Counted from the stretch's first letter, positions 1 to 10,919 are shown. The stretch: DNA of 64,000 nt from an uncultured delta proteobacterium (GCA_963812015.1 CAWETI010000003.1:32001-96000), one strand, 5' to 3'. Program-made: numbers and translations. The notes: generated by a model from the letters alone, not told the origin.

Positions 1-1106
1 GGCGCCGCCACCGTGGCGGGCTGAGGCGGTGACGCCGGCCGGGGGCCGACTTTGACCCCGACGATGATGACGGCCACCATCAGGACGGCCAGGCCCACGC
101 TCCACCAGAGGCGCCGGGGCACCAGCTTGAGGGTGCTCCAATGGGTCAGGGCCGCGTCCTTGGCCCTTTGGACCCGGGGCTTATTGTCCTCCCAGACTTT
201 CTGGAGCCGCGGCCCGGCCTGGGCCAGGGGCTGCCAGCGGCGCCGGGGTTTTTCCGGCCGCCCGGCGGCCCGGGGTTTCTTGGAAACTCCGTGCATGAGG
301 TCCAGGGCCTGGCGCAATTGACCGACCAGGGCCCCGGCATGGGGCAGCCGCTCCTCGGGGTCCTCCGACAGGCACCGCAACAGCACATTCTGGAGGGGAA
401 CGGGGATATCCTCCAGGTCCATCGGCGGGTATTCCAGGCGATAGGGAAAGGGCTCATCAAAGGTCAAGGGATAGGGCAGGCTGCCGGCCGCCAGCCGGAA
501 CCCCAGCACCCCCAGGGAAAACACGTTGCCGGCGGGTGTGAGCCGGTCCCCGTGGATGACCTCGGGGGGGGCATACGCCTTGAGCTCCAGATGCAGCGGC
601 TGATCGTCATAGGCCGGGGCAAAGGCAAAATTGGCGAGACGCAGGTCTTCCCCATTGAGGAGGATATTGAGGGGACTGAGGCACTGGTGCACGGTCCCAT
701 GCTGGTGGGCGCAGGCCAGGGCCTGGCCCAGGAGTTCCAGCAGGTGCAGCGCCTGGGGCATGGTGAACCGCTCTTTCCGGCCCAATTGGACCATCAAGCT
801 CTCGCCGGGAAAAGGTTCCTCCACCAGGTAAAGAAATTTTTCGGCCTTGTCCACATGGAACACCCCCAGGATCTGGGGGTGCAGCAGTTTCAGTCCCAGG
901 ACCGCCGCATGTTCATACATATCCCGGCCCGCGGCCCATTCCGGGTCGTCCCGGGCCAGGAGTTTCAGGCTGACCTCGGTCCTCAGGAGATTATCCTGGG
1001 CCAGCCACACCCCGCCCCAGGGCTCTTCCCGGAGCTGGCGCACGATCAGGTATCTTTGCCCGATCATCTCGTTGATCTCGGGATGATCCGGACGATTGTA
1101 GGTCAT
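1..1106 (-). CDS. Membrane-anchored Ser/Thr kinase-like protein with degenerate catalytic motifs (pseudokinase); 3' end runs off the window
   Basis: Not in the ORF track. Manual translation from ATG at 1106: MTYNRPDHPEINEMIGQRYLIVRQLREEPWGGVWLAQD..VSLKLL..LLHPQILGVFH..AHQHGTVHQCLSPLNILL..LRLANFAF..YAPPE..NVFSLGVL..LRCLSEDPEERL, then a TM segment (LWWSVGLAVLMVAVIIVGV). Confidence 0.85.
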   Translation of the reverse strand, partial: MTYNRPDHPEINEMIGQRYLIVRQLREEPWGGVWLAQDNLLRTEVSLKLLARDDPEWAAGRDMYEHAAVLGLKLLHPQILGVFHVDKAEKFLYLVEEPFPGESLMVQLGRKERFTMPQALHLLELLGQALACAHQHGTVHQCLSPLNILLNGEDLRLANFAFAPAYDDQPLHLELKAYAPPEVIHGDRLTPAGNVFSLGVLGFRLAAGSLPYPLTFDEPFPYRLEYPPMDLEDIPVPLQNVLLRCLSEDPEERLPHAGALVGQLRQALDLMHGVSKKPRAAGRPEKPRRRWQPLAQAGPRLQKVWEDNKPRVQRAKDAALTHWSTLKLVPRRLWWSVGLAVLMVAVIIVGVKVGPRPASPPQPATVAA

Positions 1107-1356
1107 CTGGAGGCCTGCCTTGGCTTGAGAAATCGGCCTGAGAAACGGCCCAATTCACCATACCACAAAACCCACCGGCAAAAAAGCCCTTTCGAGGCAG
1201 GGCGACGCCGAGGAAATCGATGGTCTCCAGGCTGATGCGGCCGCGCAACCATCTTGACCTTGCCGGCCAAATTGCGCCCACGCTGAGATAAAATTGCAAG
1301 GCGAAGATTATTTTGATAATTTCACGGTTACAAACCTTGTTGCCGGGATTCTTTCC

Positions 1357-1959
1357 ATGTCCATAGCCAACCTCATCACCCTGGCCCGCTTGCCCCTGTT
1401 GTTGATCCTGGTGGGGTTGCTGTTTGTCCCCAGTTTCGGGGTGCGGCTGGCCGGCCTGGCGCTGCTCATCGTCCTGTTTCTCATGGATTGGTTTGACGGC
1501 TACGTGGCCCGGCTGCGCCAGGAGGTCACCGAAATCGGGGCGGTGCTGGATATCGCCCTGGACCGGTCCGTGGAAAATATCCTGTGGATCACCTTTATGT
1601 ACCTGGGACTGGTGCCTTTGTGGGTCCCCATCGTCTTTTTAATCCGCTCCTTTGTGGTGGACGGCATTCGGGGCGTGGCCCTGGCCCGGGGCCAATCCGG
1701 TTTCGGGATGATGTACTCCCCCCTGGGGCGCTTCCTGGTGGCTTCCCGCTTCATGCGGGCCCTCTATGGCCTGGCCAAGGGCGTGGTCTTCGGCCTCCTC
1801 TACCTTGCCTGGGCCCTGGCCTTCAAGGACCCGCAAATTCTCATCACCTTGCATCCGCTGAATCAGAGTCTTATATTCTTTACCACGGCACTGTGCATCA
1901 TTCGGGGCCTCCCGGTAATTCAGGATGGCCGCGACTTGTTCAGGTCCGATAAGGCCTGA
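1357..1959 (+). CDS. CDP-alcohol phosphatidyltransferase (PgsA-like)
   Basis: ANLITLARL start and DWFDGYVAR..GAVLDIALD signature; ATG 1357 preferred to the upstream TTG. Confidence 0.9.
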   Translation: MSIANLITLARLPLLLILVGLLFVPSFGVRLAGLALLIVLFLMDWFDGYVARLRQEVTEIGAVLDIALDRSVENILWITFMYLGLVPLWVPIVFLIRSFVVDGIRGVALARGQSGFGMMYSPLGRFLVASRFMRALYGLAKGVVFGLLYLAWALAFKDPQILITLHPLNQSLIFFTTALCIIRGLPVIQDGRDLFRSDKA

Positions 1960-1994
1960 GCTGCACCACCAGAATCTTGCCGCCGGAGGATGTC

Positions 1995-2633
1995 ATGAGC
2001 CGGGTGGTTGCCATTTTTGATGTGGATCAGACTCTGGTTCAGGGGTACACGGAGCGACTTTTTTTCCGGTATCTGGTGCGACAGAATCTGATCAGCCTGC
2101 CCCAGGCCCTGTTTTTCCTCGGTCAGTTAGCCCGCCGTCCCCAGGGCCGGTTCCGGGACAAGCGTTACCTCGAGGGGCTGGAGGTGGAGGAAGTGGCCCG
2201 CCTGGCCCGGCGATGCTACCAGGAAGACATCGTTCCCCGGGTGAGTACGGGGGGAATGGCCTGTGTCCTGGAGCATCAGGCCCAGGGCCATGCCATTGCC
2301 CTGCTGAGCGGCTCCCTGTCCGTACTCCTGACGCCGTTGCAGGAGGAGTTGGGGGCCGATTGGCTCATTGCCACGGAATTGCAACGGCACAACGGCCGAT
2401 TTACCGGGGAAATCACCGGCCTCCACCCCCGGGGGCGCAATAAATTGTGTTTGCTCCAGGAACTGTCCCGGACCCATGGCTTTGATTTATCCCGATCCTA
2501 CGCCTACGCCGACCATATCCAGGACTCCTATCTCTTCCGTTCCATCGGGCATCCGGTGGCGGTCAACCCTTCCTGGCGCCTCAAGCTCCAGGCCCGCAAA
2601 CATCGCTGGCCGATCCGGTATTTTAGGGCTTAA
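1995..2633 (+). CDS. HAD-superfamily IB hydrolase (SerB-like)
   Basis: FDVDQTL motif I, LSGS motif II, YAYADHIQD..AVNP motif IV. Confidence 0.88.
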   Translation: MSRVVAIFDVDQTLVQGYTERLFFRYLVRQNLISLPQALFFLGQLARRPQGRFRDKRYLEGLEVEEVARLARRCYQEDIVPRVSTGGMACVLEHQAQGHAIALLSGSLSVLLTPLQEELGADWLIATELQRHNGRFTGEITGLHPRGRNKLCLLQELSRTHGFDLSRSYAYADHIQDSYLFRSIGHPVAVNPSWRLKLQARKHRWPIRYFRA

Positions 2634-2808
2634 TATATGATTTCATAATTATGGCAACGTATTTACCCCCCCTCACCCCGCCCCTCTCCCCCCGCAAGCG
2701 GGTGGAGAGGGGGTAGGGTAGTTCACCGGGTTTAATAACCACAAAGCCTTAAATCAGTTCCATTTTTTTCCCCTCTCCCCCAATGGGGGAGAGCGACTGT
2801 GTTAGATG

Positions 2809-3935
<1,127 letters not shown>

Positions 3936-4198
3936 TTCTTTAATGACCAAACTATGTACCGGTTCCCTTTAACATACAAGGGTTAGGGTGAGGGGGAAAT
4001 AATCTTCACAGGCTAAGAAATACGTTACCGTATTTATAAAAAGCTGTACTTAGCCGCCCACGTTAACCCAAAACTCGGTGGGGAGAAAGGCGGGAAGGCC
4101 GTGCCGGGAGAGCCTGGTTTGGCCATGAAATTTTTTCTGATCATCAGGCGAATAATTGACAGGATAGAACTTTTAGAGTAGTCAATATTAGGGGTATT

Positions 4199-4408
4199 AT
4201 GGACGCCGCGCTGATCAAACAGTTGAAAAACCGGGTGGAAGAAGAACTGCGGCAGCGCGAAGTGGCGCTCCTGGAGTTTTGGCTGGAGGAATTTAAAACC
4301 ATCATGGGCAAGCGCCACAAAGAACTGGCGGCATTGCAGACCGACGTGAAAAGCTTTATCGCCCGCATGGAGACCCGGCTCCGCACCCTCAAAGGGAGCC
4401 AGAAATAA
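4199..4408 (+). CDS. Small coiled-coil hypothetical protein
   Basis: 69 aa ORF with AGGGG RBS; stop lies 1 nt before the queD start. Confidence 0.7.
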   Translation: MDAALIKQLKNRVEEELRQREVALLEFWLEEFKTIMGKRHKELAALQTDVKSFIARMETRLRTLKGSQK

Positions 4409-4409
4409 T

Positions 4410-4781
4410 ATGTATGAAGTGAAAATCGTCACCCAGTTTGCCGCCGCGCACCGGTTGGAAAACTTCTATGGGAAATGTGAGGCCCTCCACGGCCACAACT
4501 GGAAGGTGGAAGTGTTCCTGGTAGGGAACAATCTGGATGCCGCCGGGCTGCTGATGGATTTTGGCGTGGTCAAGGCCCGGACCAAAGAGCTGCTGGAGGA
4601 GATCGACCATAAGTATTTGAATGAACTGGCGGCCTTTCAGGACCGCAACCCCTCGTCGGAGAATCTGGCCTGCTACCTGTATGAGCGCCTGGGGGCTATC
4701 TTTAATGGCGACAAGGTGAAAATCCATCGGGTCAACGTCTGGGAATCCGATAACTCCTGCGCCTCCTATTATCAGGACTGA
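4410..4781 (+). CDS. queD: 6-carboxy-5,6,7,8-tetrahydropterin synthase
   Basis: FAAAH, CEALHGHNW, DHKYLN and NPSSENLA motifs. Confidence 0.93.
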   Translation: MYEVKIVTQFAAAHRLENFYGKCEALHGHNWKVEVFLVGNNLDAAGLLMDFGVVKARTKELLEEIDHKYLNELAAFQDRNPSSENLACYLYERLGAIFNGDKVKIHRVNVWESDNSCASYYQD

Positions 4782-4788
4782 AGCGGCG

Positions 4789-5310
4789 TTGACCAGAGGC
4801 TGCCGTTTAGCCTGGGTGGCGGGACTGATCCTGGGGATGCTGGGCGTCTTAGGGGCTCATGCCGGGTCTCGCACCGAGCCCCCGGGGACCAGCCTCCTGA
4901 GGATCCCCGTGCCGGGTCCCCGGCATAAGCCGCCGGTGAAATTCAGCCACCGGCTGCACGCCGACCGACGGGTGGCCTGCACCCAGTGCCATCACGAATA
5001 TCAGGGGAGACGCAACGTCTGGCATGAAGGGCTGCCGGTGGAGAAGTGCCAGGCCTGCCACGGCGTAAGGCCGGAAGCCCGCCGCCTGGACCTGAAGAAT
5101 GCCTATCATCGCCAGTGTAAAGGGTGCCACCTGCGGTTACGGCAACAGGGACGGCCGTCAGGCCCCATTGAGTGCCAGGGCTGCCATCGCCCCCTGAACG
5201 GGGCGGGATCGGCTAAAGCGGGGAGGCGAAGTCCGGGGTTCAGTGGGCCCGTCTTGCCCCCCATCACCCATGGACACTTGCTGGCAATGGGGCGGCACTC
5301 CCCAGCCTGA
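4789..5310 (+). CDS. Tetraheme cytochrome c3 (class III) with signal peptide
   Basis: PVKFSHRLH and four CxxCH motifs (CTQCH, CQACH, CKGCH, CQGCH). Confidence 0.88.
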   Translation: MTRGCRLAWVAGLILGMLGVLGAHAGSRTEPPGTSLLRIPVPGPRHKPPVKFSHRLHADRRVACTQCHHEYQGRRNVWHEGLPVEKCQACHGVRPEARRLDLKNAYHRQCKGCHLRLRQQGRPSGPIECQGCHRPLNGAGSAKAGRRSPGFSGPVLPPITHGHLLAMGRHSPA

Positions 5311-5316
5311 GGAGTC

Positions 5317-6486
5317 GTGATTAAAGATTCCATCACCTCCCTAATCCGGACGCTCCAGCGGGAACGGGTCTTTGCCCTGGTCCTGACGCTGATGGTGATC
5401 CTGCTGCTGGGAGCCATCGGCTTCAGCCTGGTCGAACCCGCCGAGGGGCCGTGGTTCGATCGGTTCGGCCGGGCCGTGTGGTGGGGTCTGGTAACCATGA
5501 CCACCGTGGGGTATGGGGATGTGGTTCCCGTCACCTTCCTGGGCCGGCTGTTGGCCACCGGCATCATGGTGATCGGATTTGTCAGCCTGTCCCTCGTCAC
5601 CGCCACCGTGGCCTCCGTCTTCATTGAGCGCAAATTTCGCCAGGAGAAAGGTTTGGAAGCCATTAAAGCCGCACAGCATATCCTGATCCTGGGGTGGCCG
5701 GAAGATGCCGAGGCCCTGTTGGACCAGTTGCTCAAACGCCTGCCCCCCGCCATCCCGGTGGTCCTGATCAACAAGGCCCCCCCGGAGCAGATGGACGCCA
5801 TCAGAGAAAAATATCCCCAGCACACGGTGCTCTATCTCCGGGGGGATTATTCCCGGGAAGAAATCCTCATGAAGGCCAATGTCCAGGGGGCCATCAAGGC
5901 CATCATCCTGGCCGACCGGCAACCGGGGGAAACCGCGGCCCAGGTGGACCAACGCACCCTGTTCACCGCCCTCACCTTAAAGGCCGTCCATGCCAAAATT
6001 CGCATCATGGCGGAACTGCTGCGGCCGGAAAACCGCTCCTACCTGGAGCGGTCCGGGGCCGAGGAGGTTTTGATCCGGGGACAATACGACAGCTCGCTCC
6101 TGGCGGGGGCCATCGCCTCCCCGGCTCTGTTCCGCGTCTACACCTCCCTGTTAATGGGGGAGGGACAGACCTTATGGGAAGTGGCCGTGCCCAGCCAGTT
6201 CTTCGGGCGTCCCCTGGGGGAATTCGCCGCCTACCTCCAGGAGCAGCACCAGGGGATTCTCATCGGCCTCTATACCGAGGGCCGGACCCTGAGCCTCGAA
6301 GACTTGCTGTCCGAAGAACCTTCCGCCATCGATGACTTCATCCGGCGGAAGTTCGCCGAGACCAAGATGACCCATCTCCTGGGCCGCACCAAGGTGGACT
6401 ACCAGATCAATCCCCCCCATACCCAGACCCTGGGGCCCCAACAGCATGCCGTGGTCATCGCCCCGCAGAGGCCGAACCTTTCATGA
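5317..6486 (+). CDS. Potassium channel with TrkA-N/RCK domain
   Basis: TMTTVGYGD selectivity filter followed by HILILGW RCK domain. Confidence 0.92.
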   Translation: MIKDSITSLIRTLQRERVFALVLTLMVILLLGAIGFSLVEPAEGPWFDRFGRAVWWGLVTMTTVGYGDVVPVTFLGRLLATGIMVIGFVSLSLVTATVASVFIERKFRQEKGLEAIKAAQHILILGWPEDAEALLDQLLKRLPPAIPVVLINKAPPEQMDAIREKYPQHTVLYLRGDYSREEILMKANVQGAIKAIILADRQPGETAAQVDQRTLFTALTLKAVHAKIRIMAELLRPENRSYLERSGAEEVLIRGQYDSSLLAGAIASPALFRVYTSLLMGEGQTLWEVAVPSQFFGRPLGEFAAYLQEQHQGILIGLYTEGRTLSLEDLLSEEPSAIDDFIRRKFAETKMTHLLGRTKVDYQINPPHTQTLGPQQHAVVIAPQRPNLS

Positions 6487-6980
6487 TGGACGCCGCCCTG
6501 TTCCAGAAAATCTACCTCTTCCAGGACCTGGGAGAAGATGAACTCCAGCAGGTGCTGAACCGCACCGCCCTCCGGGAATTTTCTGCCGGGGCCGTCATCA
6601 TTCAGGAAGGCGAGCCCGGGGATAGCCTCTTCATCATGGCCGCCGGGGAAGTGGAGATCACCAAGCAGCTTACCCTGGTGCTGGATGAAGACACCCCCAA
6701 AGAGCGGGTGATGATCCGCCTGAAGGCGGAAAACGGGGTCTATTTCGGGGAGATGGCCCTGTTGGAAAGCGAAACCCGGTCGGCTACGGTGACCGCCTCC
6801 ACCGACTGTTCCCTGCTGGAACTGCACCAAAAGGATTTCTTGAACTTGATTGAGCAGAACCCGGCCATGGGGGTCAAGCTGCTCTTGCGCCTGGCCCAGG
6901 TCCTGTCCCAGCATCTGCGCAAGACCAACCAGGACGTGGTGAAACTCACCACGGCCCTGGCCGTTTCCCTGGGGGGATAG
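6483..6980 (+). CDS. Stand-alone cyclic nucleotide-binding domain protein
   Basis: IIQEGEPGDSLFI, YFGEMALL..RSATV; ATGA overlap with the channel gene. Confidence 0.9.
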   Translation: MMDAALFQKIYLFQDLGEDELQQVLNRTALREFSAGAVIIQEGEPGDSLFIMAAGEVEITKQLTLVLDEDTPKERVMIRLKAENGVYFGEMALLESETRSATVTASTDCSLLELHQKDFLNLIEQNPAMGVKLLLRLAQVLSQHLRKTNQDVVKLTTALAVSLGG

Positions 6981-6987
6981 CGCGCTT

Positions 6988-7155
6988 CATATAAACACCA
7001 TAGATAGTTTTTGGTCTACGATTAAACGTGGTATCGTTGCAACATTCCATAAGGTTAGCATAAAGTATCTCCAACTTTATGTTGCCGAATTTGAGTTCCG
7101 CTATAACAACCGCAAGAACCAGGACATTTTCGGGGCGGCGATAAGGTTATGTTAA
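6988..7155 (+). pseudogene. C-terminal remnant of an IS1595-family transposase
   Basis: Manual translation HINTIDSFWSTIKRGIVATFHKVSIKYLQLYVAEFEFRYNNRKNQDIF resembles the IS1595 C-terminus (NTIExFWSxxKRG..FHxVSxKYL..Y..EF.FRYN.R); no start or N-terminus. Confidence 0.85.
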
Positions 7156-8113
7156 AAAAGTTTTCCTGTTTAATAATTATAATCATATTGCTTGGATTTG
7201 CGGTGATTGCACAATCACAACCGCCTATCCCGATAGGCACACAACAAAATTATCAATATCCAACCAAAAGCACCGATGAACAGCCCTATAAAGACAAATA
7301 TAACACTGAATCGCTCAAAACCACGCTTAAAGAAATAACCTCTAAATATCAAAACCAAAATATAAAAAACACAGGAAGCCAAGAACATCATTGGTACGAT
7401 ACTTTTTTGGATAACACTACTAATTGGCTTCTCGTGCTTTTCAATTTATTGCTTGTTGTAGTTACGAGCTTGCTTGTTCTCTATAATTATCGTTTGTGGA
7501 AAGCTAATGTTGGTCTGTGGGAAGTATCCCAAGAGCAGTCCCGACACATGGAGACTTCCATCGGTGTTGCCCATAAAGCCGCTGATGCTGCTACAGCAAC
7601 GGTTAAAACCATGAGGGATACTGCTGGAAGACAACTGCGGGCATATTTGTCCGCTCGTTTCGAGACTATATTTATTTTCAGTCCAACAATCCGGGTAACA
7701 ATTAAATTCATAATGCTGAATCACGGGCAAACTCCTGCTTATAATGTAACTCATTCGTCCTTGGTTGAGGTATTGCCTTATCCGTTGCCGATTAATTATC
7801 AGCTCCCGAGTATCTCTCCCCCCCAGACACCACCTTTGTTTTGCACCCAACAGCCACTCTCGATGGATATAGTCTTGCCGCTCGTAATTTTTCTAAAGAA
7901 GAGATCAGCCGAATCGTTAATAATGACGGCTATCGCATATATACATTCGGGGTGGTTAAATACAAGGATACTTTTGGTAGAAGTCGCCAAACTAAATTTT
8001 GTTATTCCGTAATCGGAGATAATAACCTCTCTACTATCGCTACGGGCAACCAGACAAAAGTCGGCCTTCGCATCATGTTTGAACCATGTAGTCAATACAA
8101 TGAAGCAAATTAA
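7149..8113 (+). pseudogene. AT-rich membrane protein (probable IS1595 passenger), split by a frameshift at the C7 run 7818-7824
   Basis: ORF 7149-8012 (signal, TM helix, RQLRAY) and ORF 7841-8113 (GVVKYKDTFGRSRQTKFC) join if one C is added. Confidence 0.6.
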
Positions 8114-8200
8114 CCCTTGTTTTAATAACTTACCCCTTAATTGCATCGCCTTCCCCCTTCAAAAAGGCGACTTCTTGTGTCAAGAAGTGCATAATCGCCT

Positions 8201-8277
8201 TTCCAAAGGGGGGAACTTAGCGAAATTCCGTTGAAAGCCCCCCTTTGCAAAAGGGGGATTTAGGGGGATTTAAAAAT
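8201..8277. repeat. REP-like palindromic element, family B
   Basis: caaaggggggaacttagcg..cccccctttgcaaaagggggatttagggggatttaaaa; inverted copy at 61908-61984. Confidence 0.8.
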
Positions 8278-8366
8278 CAGCAAGCGGAATGAATTTGTGG
8301 CATACGCGATAACCAAATCTGACCTGCTATCTCCCTCCCCCTGGAGGGGGGAGGGTGGGCTTTTCC

Positions 8367-8786
8367 ATGCTGGATGAAACGCAGCGACAGCAGCTCATCG
8401 ACGCAGCCCGGCGGGCCCGGGAGGCGGCCTATGCCCCTTACTCCAACTTCAAGGTGGGTGCCGCGGTTTTGACCGCGGCCGGGGAGATCTTCTCCGGCTG
8501 CAACATCGAGAACGCCTCCTTCGGGGCCACGATCTGCGCCGAACGGGTGGCCATCTTTACGGCCGTCGCCGGGGGCTGCCGCGGCTTGACAGCCCTGGCG
8601 GTCATCGCCGACACCCCCGAGCCCGTCGCCCCCTGCGGAATGTGCCGCCAGGTGCTGGCCGAATTCAGCCCGGATTGCCGGATAATCATGGCCAACCTGG
8701 CCGGGCAAAAGCGGTTGGTGAACCTCAAGGAGCTGCTCCCCCTGGCCTTCCGGTTGCCGCCCCGGGAAAGCGGCGAGGGCGGCTAA
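8367..8786 (+). CDS. cdd: Cytidine deaminase (homotetrameric type)
   Basis: AYAPYSNFKVGAA, GCNIENAS, ICAERVA, PCGMCRQ. Confidence 0.95.
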   Translation: MLDETQRQQLIDAARRAREAAYAPYSNFKVGAAVLTAAGEIFSGCNIENASFGATICAERVAIFTAVAGGCRGLTALAVIADTPEPVAPCGMCRQVLAEFSPDCRIIMANLAGQKRLVNLKELLPLAFRLPPRESGEGG

Positions 8787-10096
8787 TACCCCTGTACCCA
8801 GGCCGGCCCCTTATCCTTTAGCCAGACGCGGATTTCCTGAAACCCCCGGGCCAGAACTTCCCTGGCCTCAAGGAGGCTCGCCGGCAGGGCCTCCGGAGAG
8901 CTGCCCAGCATCAGGCGCGCCTCGATCTCGGCCGGGGTGTCCTCCCAGGTTCTCACCGCCAGCAGCAGGGCCCTGAAGTCCCGGCCCCGGACCCGGTGGG
9001 CCAGAATCCCCGGCTCCACCAACCCGTCCCAATGGTAATCCTCGCCCCGATCCCACCCCCGGCTGTGAAGGGCGGCCCGGCGCATCAGGCAGGGATAGCA
9101 GTAGCCGCAGGCGCCGGCCTTACCTCCCTGCCAGCGGGACACCACCGGCCGGGCGCAGGAAACGCTCTCCCCAAAGAGTCGGCCCAGGAGTTCTGGGTTG
9201 CGGCAATCCCGCACCATTTCCCCTTTGGTGAGGTTTTTGTAGGGGTTGACCAAGGGGTGAGCCAGGCCCGCGTCCCGCCAGAGGCCCCTGAGCTCCTCCA
9301 GAAAATAAGGATGCGTGGTCCGGGTGCTGCAACTGCCCAGGCGGTTGAGCGTGAGGGGGGGATTGAGGCTGATCCAGCCGTTTTCCGGGAGGATGATGGG
9401 GGTGGCGGGGCCAAAGCCCGCAGCCGCAGTCAGCCCCAGGGCCAGGTACAGGAGGGATCGGCTCCGCAGGGACATTTCCGGGGCCTCGGGAAACTGCACC
9501 CTGATCCCCAGATGGTGCACCCGGGTGGGGCCGTAATGGCGGATCAGCGCCGCCGCCAGGGACTGCTGGATGGCGGCCAGCTGCCCGAAATCATAGTGGC
9601 TCACCAGGAGCAGGCGCTGCCCGGCCTCTAACCGATCCAGGGCCCCCACCAGGGAATCGAGGCCCCCGGAGAACAGCATCACCCCGTCCGGGCGCCAGGC
9701 GTGGGGCCACGCCTCCTTCAGGCCCACCTCAAGGGGCGCTTCCCGCACCTTTAGGGTCCAGTCGTCCCCGGTGAGAAAATTGAGGAGCCCGCCCAGGCGG
9801 GGGGCCAGGGGCGCCCACCGGGGGCTGACCGGCAGGTGCAGAATAAGCGATCTCGTCCAGGCATCGGGCGCGGCCCGGCGTGGCGACCATTTATCCCCGG
9901 CCCAGACTCCCAGGGCCGCCAGCAGGAAGGCCTGGACCTCCTGACCCGGCAGCCCGCCGGAGACCGGCAGCCGGGAAAGATTGTGGTGCAGGGGATAGCC
10001 GGGCTGGCCCGGCTCATCCAGGTGAATGACCGCGGCCATGCCCGGCGGCGGCCGACGTTTTTCATTAGGGGCCTTCAGGTAGAGTTCAACGGCCAT
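8783..10096 (-). CDS. qatC: QueC-like protein, QatC family
   Basis: FSGGLDS PP-loop, RSRSLLY, PENGWISLNPPL..RLGSCSTRTTHP, NPY..TKGEM, SCARP, CGYCYPCLMRRAA; N-terminal D..R..DAWTR. Confidence 0.88.
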   Translation of the reverse strand: MAVELYLKAPNEKRRPPPGMAAVIHLDEPGQPGYPLHHNLSRLPVSGGLPGQEVQAFLLAALGVWAGDKWSPRRAAPDAWTRSLILHLPVSPRWAPLAPRLGGLLNFLTGDDWTLKVREAPLEVGLKEAWPHAWRPDGVMLFSGGLDSLVGALDRLEAGQRLLLVSHYDFGQLAAIQQSLAAALIRHYGPTRVHHLGIRVQFPEAPEMSLRSRSLLYLALGLTAAAGFGPATPIILPENGWISLNPPLTLNRLGSCSTRTTHPYFLEELRGLWRDAGLAHPLVNPYKNLTKGEMVRDCRNPELLGRLFGESVSCARPVVSRWQGGKAGACGYCYPCLMRRAALHSRGWDRGEDYHWDGLVEPGILAHRVRGRDFRALLLAVRTWEDTPAEIEARLMLGSSPEALPASLLEAREVLARGFQEIRVWLKDKGPAWVQGY

Positions 10097-10212
10097 GGTG
10101 GGGCCTCGCCCCTGCCAACCACAAAAGGGCGTTTCAGAGAATCTGCCGTATACTTCTTTTTATGCCAACCGGGTATATCAGGCCGAACCCTAGGGCGACC
10201 CGGTGAGTTGCC

Positions 10213-10899
10213 CTATTTGAGGTTCTGCATCAATCCAGCCATAATTTCCGTGACCCAGATCCAACCCGGGAGCCCCCGCCAATGGACCGGGGTGGCCGGA
10301 GACTCGGGTTCGCCTCCTGCTGCCGCGGCGCCGGCCTCGATCACCGCCTGGATGCGACTCAATCCGTCCCGGAGGCGCCCATAACCGCCGGCCGCGGCTT
10401 CCAGGGGCTCCCCCAGGTCCAGGGCCAGGCGCAGACGCACCGCCGTGGCCAGAAACTGCCGCACCAGGTGAGCCGAGTCCGGCTTATCCTCAGCGGGAAC
10501 CGCCGGCCCCATCGCCAGGGCCAGGGAAGTCCGAACCACGGCCTCCTCCAATCCGCCGCCGCTCCCGTCCAACAGCCCGCTCACCCCGGAGGCCAGCATC
10601 TCCGCCGGTCCCGGCGCCAGCGCCGACAGGCCCCGCGCGCCTAATGCCGCCTCCCACCCCCGGGCCTGCACCTCATCCCAGAACGCCCCCAAATCCTGGG
10701 CCACCTTCCGGGTAAAACGGAAGGCCGCCAACCGGTCCCCCTGCCCCGGAGTCTCCTCCAAAGCCGCCAGATACCGAACCACCACCTCCCGAGCCTCCAC
10801 CGCGCCCTGGCCTTCAGGCGACAGATACCGGGTGGCGGCCCCCTTGGCCGCCCGCCATAACCCCGTGGTGGGCCCCCGCCGGGCACTGGACGTTCCCAT
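10213..10899 (-). CDS. qatB: QatB-like helical protein
   Basis: Begins MGTSS and lies directly upstream of qatC; Ala/Gly-rich helical sequence. Confidence 0.7.
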   Translation of the reverse strand: MGTSSARRGPTTGLWRAAKGAATRYLSPEGQGAVEAREVVVRYLAALEETPGQGDRLAAFRFTRKVAQDLGAFWDEVQARGWEAALGARGLSALAPGPAEMLASGVSGLLDGSGGGLEEAVVRTSLALAMGPAVPAEDKPDSAHLVRQFLATAVRLRLALDLGEPLEAAAGGYGRLRDGLSRIQAVIEAGAAAAGGEPESPATPVHWRGLPGWIWVTEIMAGLMQNLK

Positions 10900-10919
10900 A
10901 AGTTACCTCTGCGAGTAAG

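Noticed and set aside
141..1235. 364-aa plus-strand ORF
   Set aside because: Antisense shadow of the minus-strand kinase-like gene; no motifs
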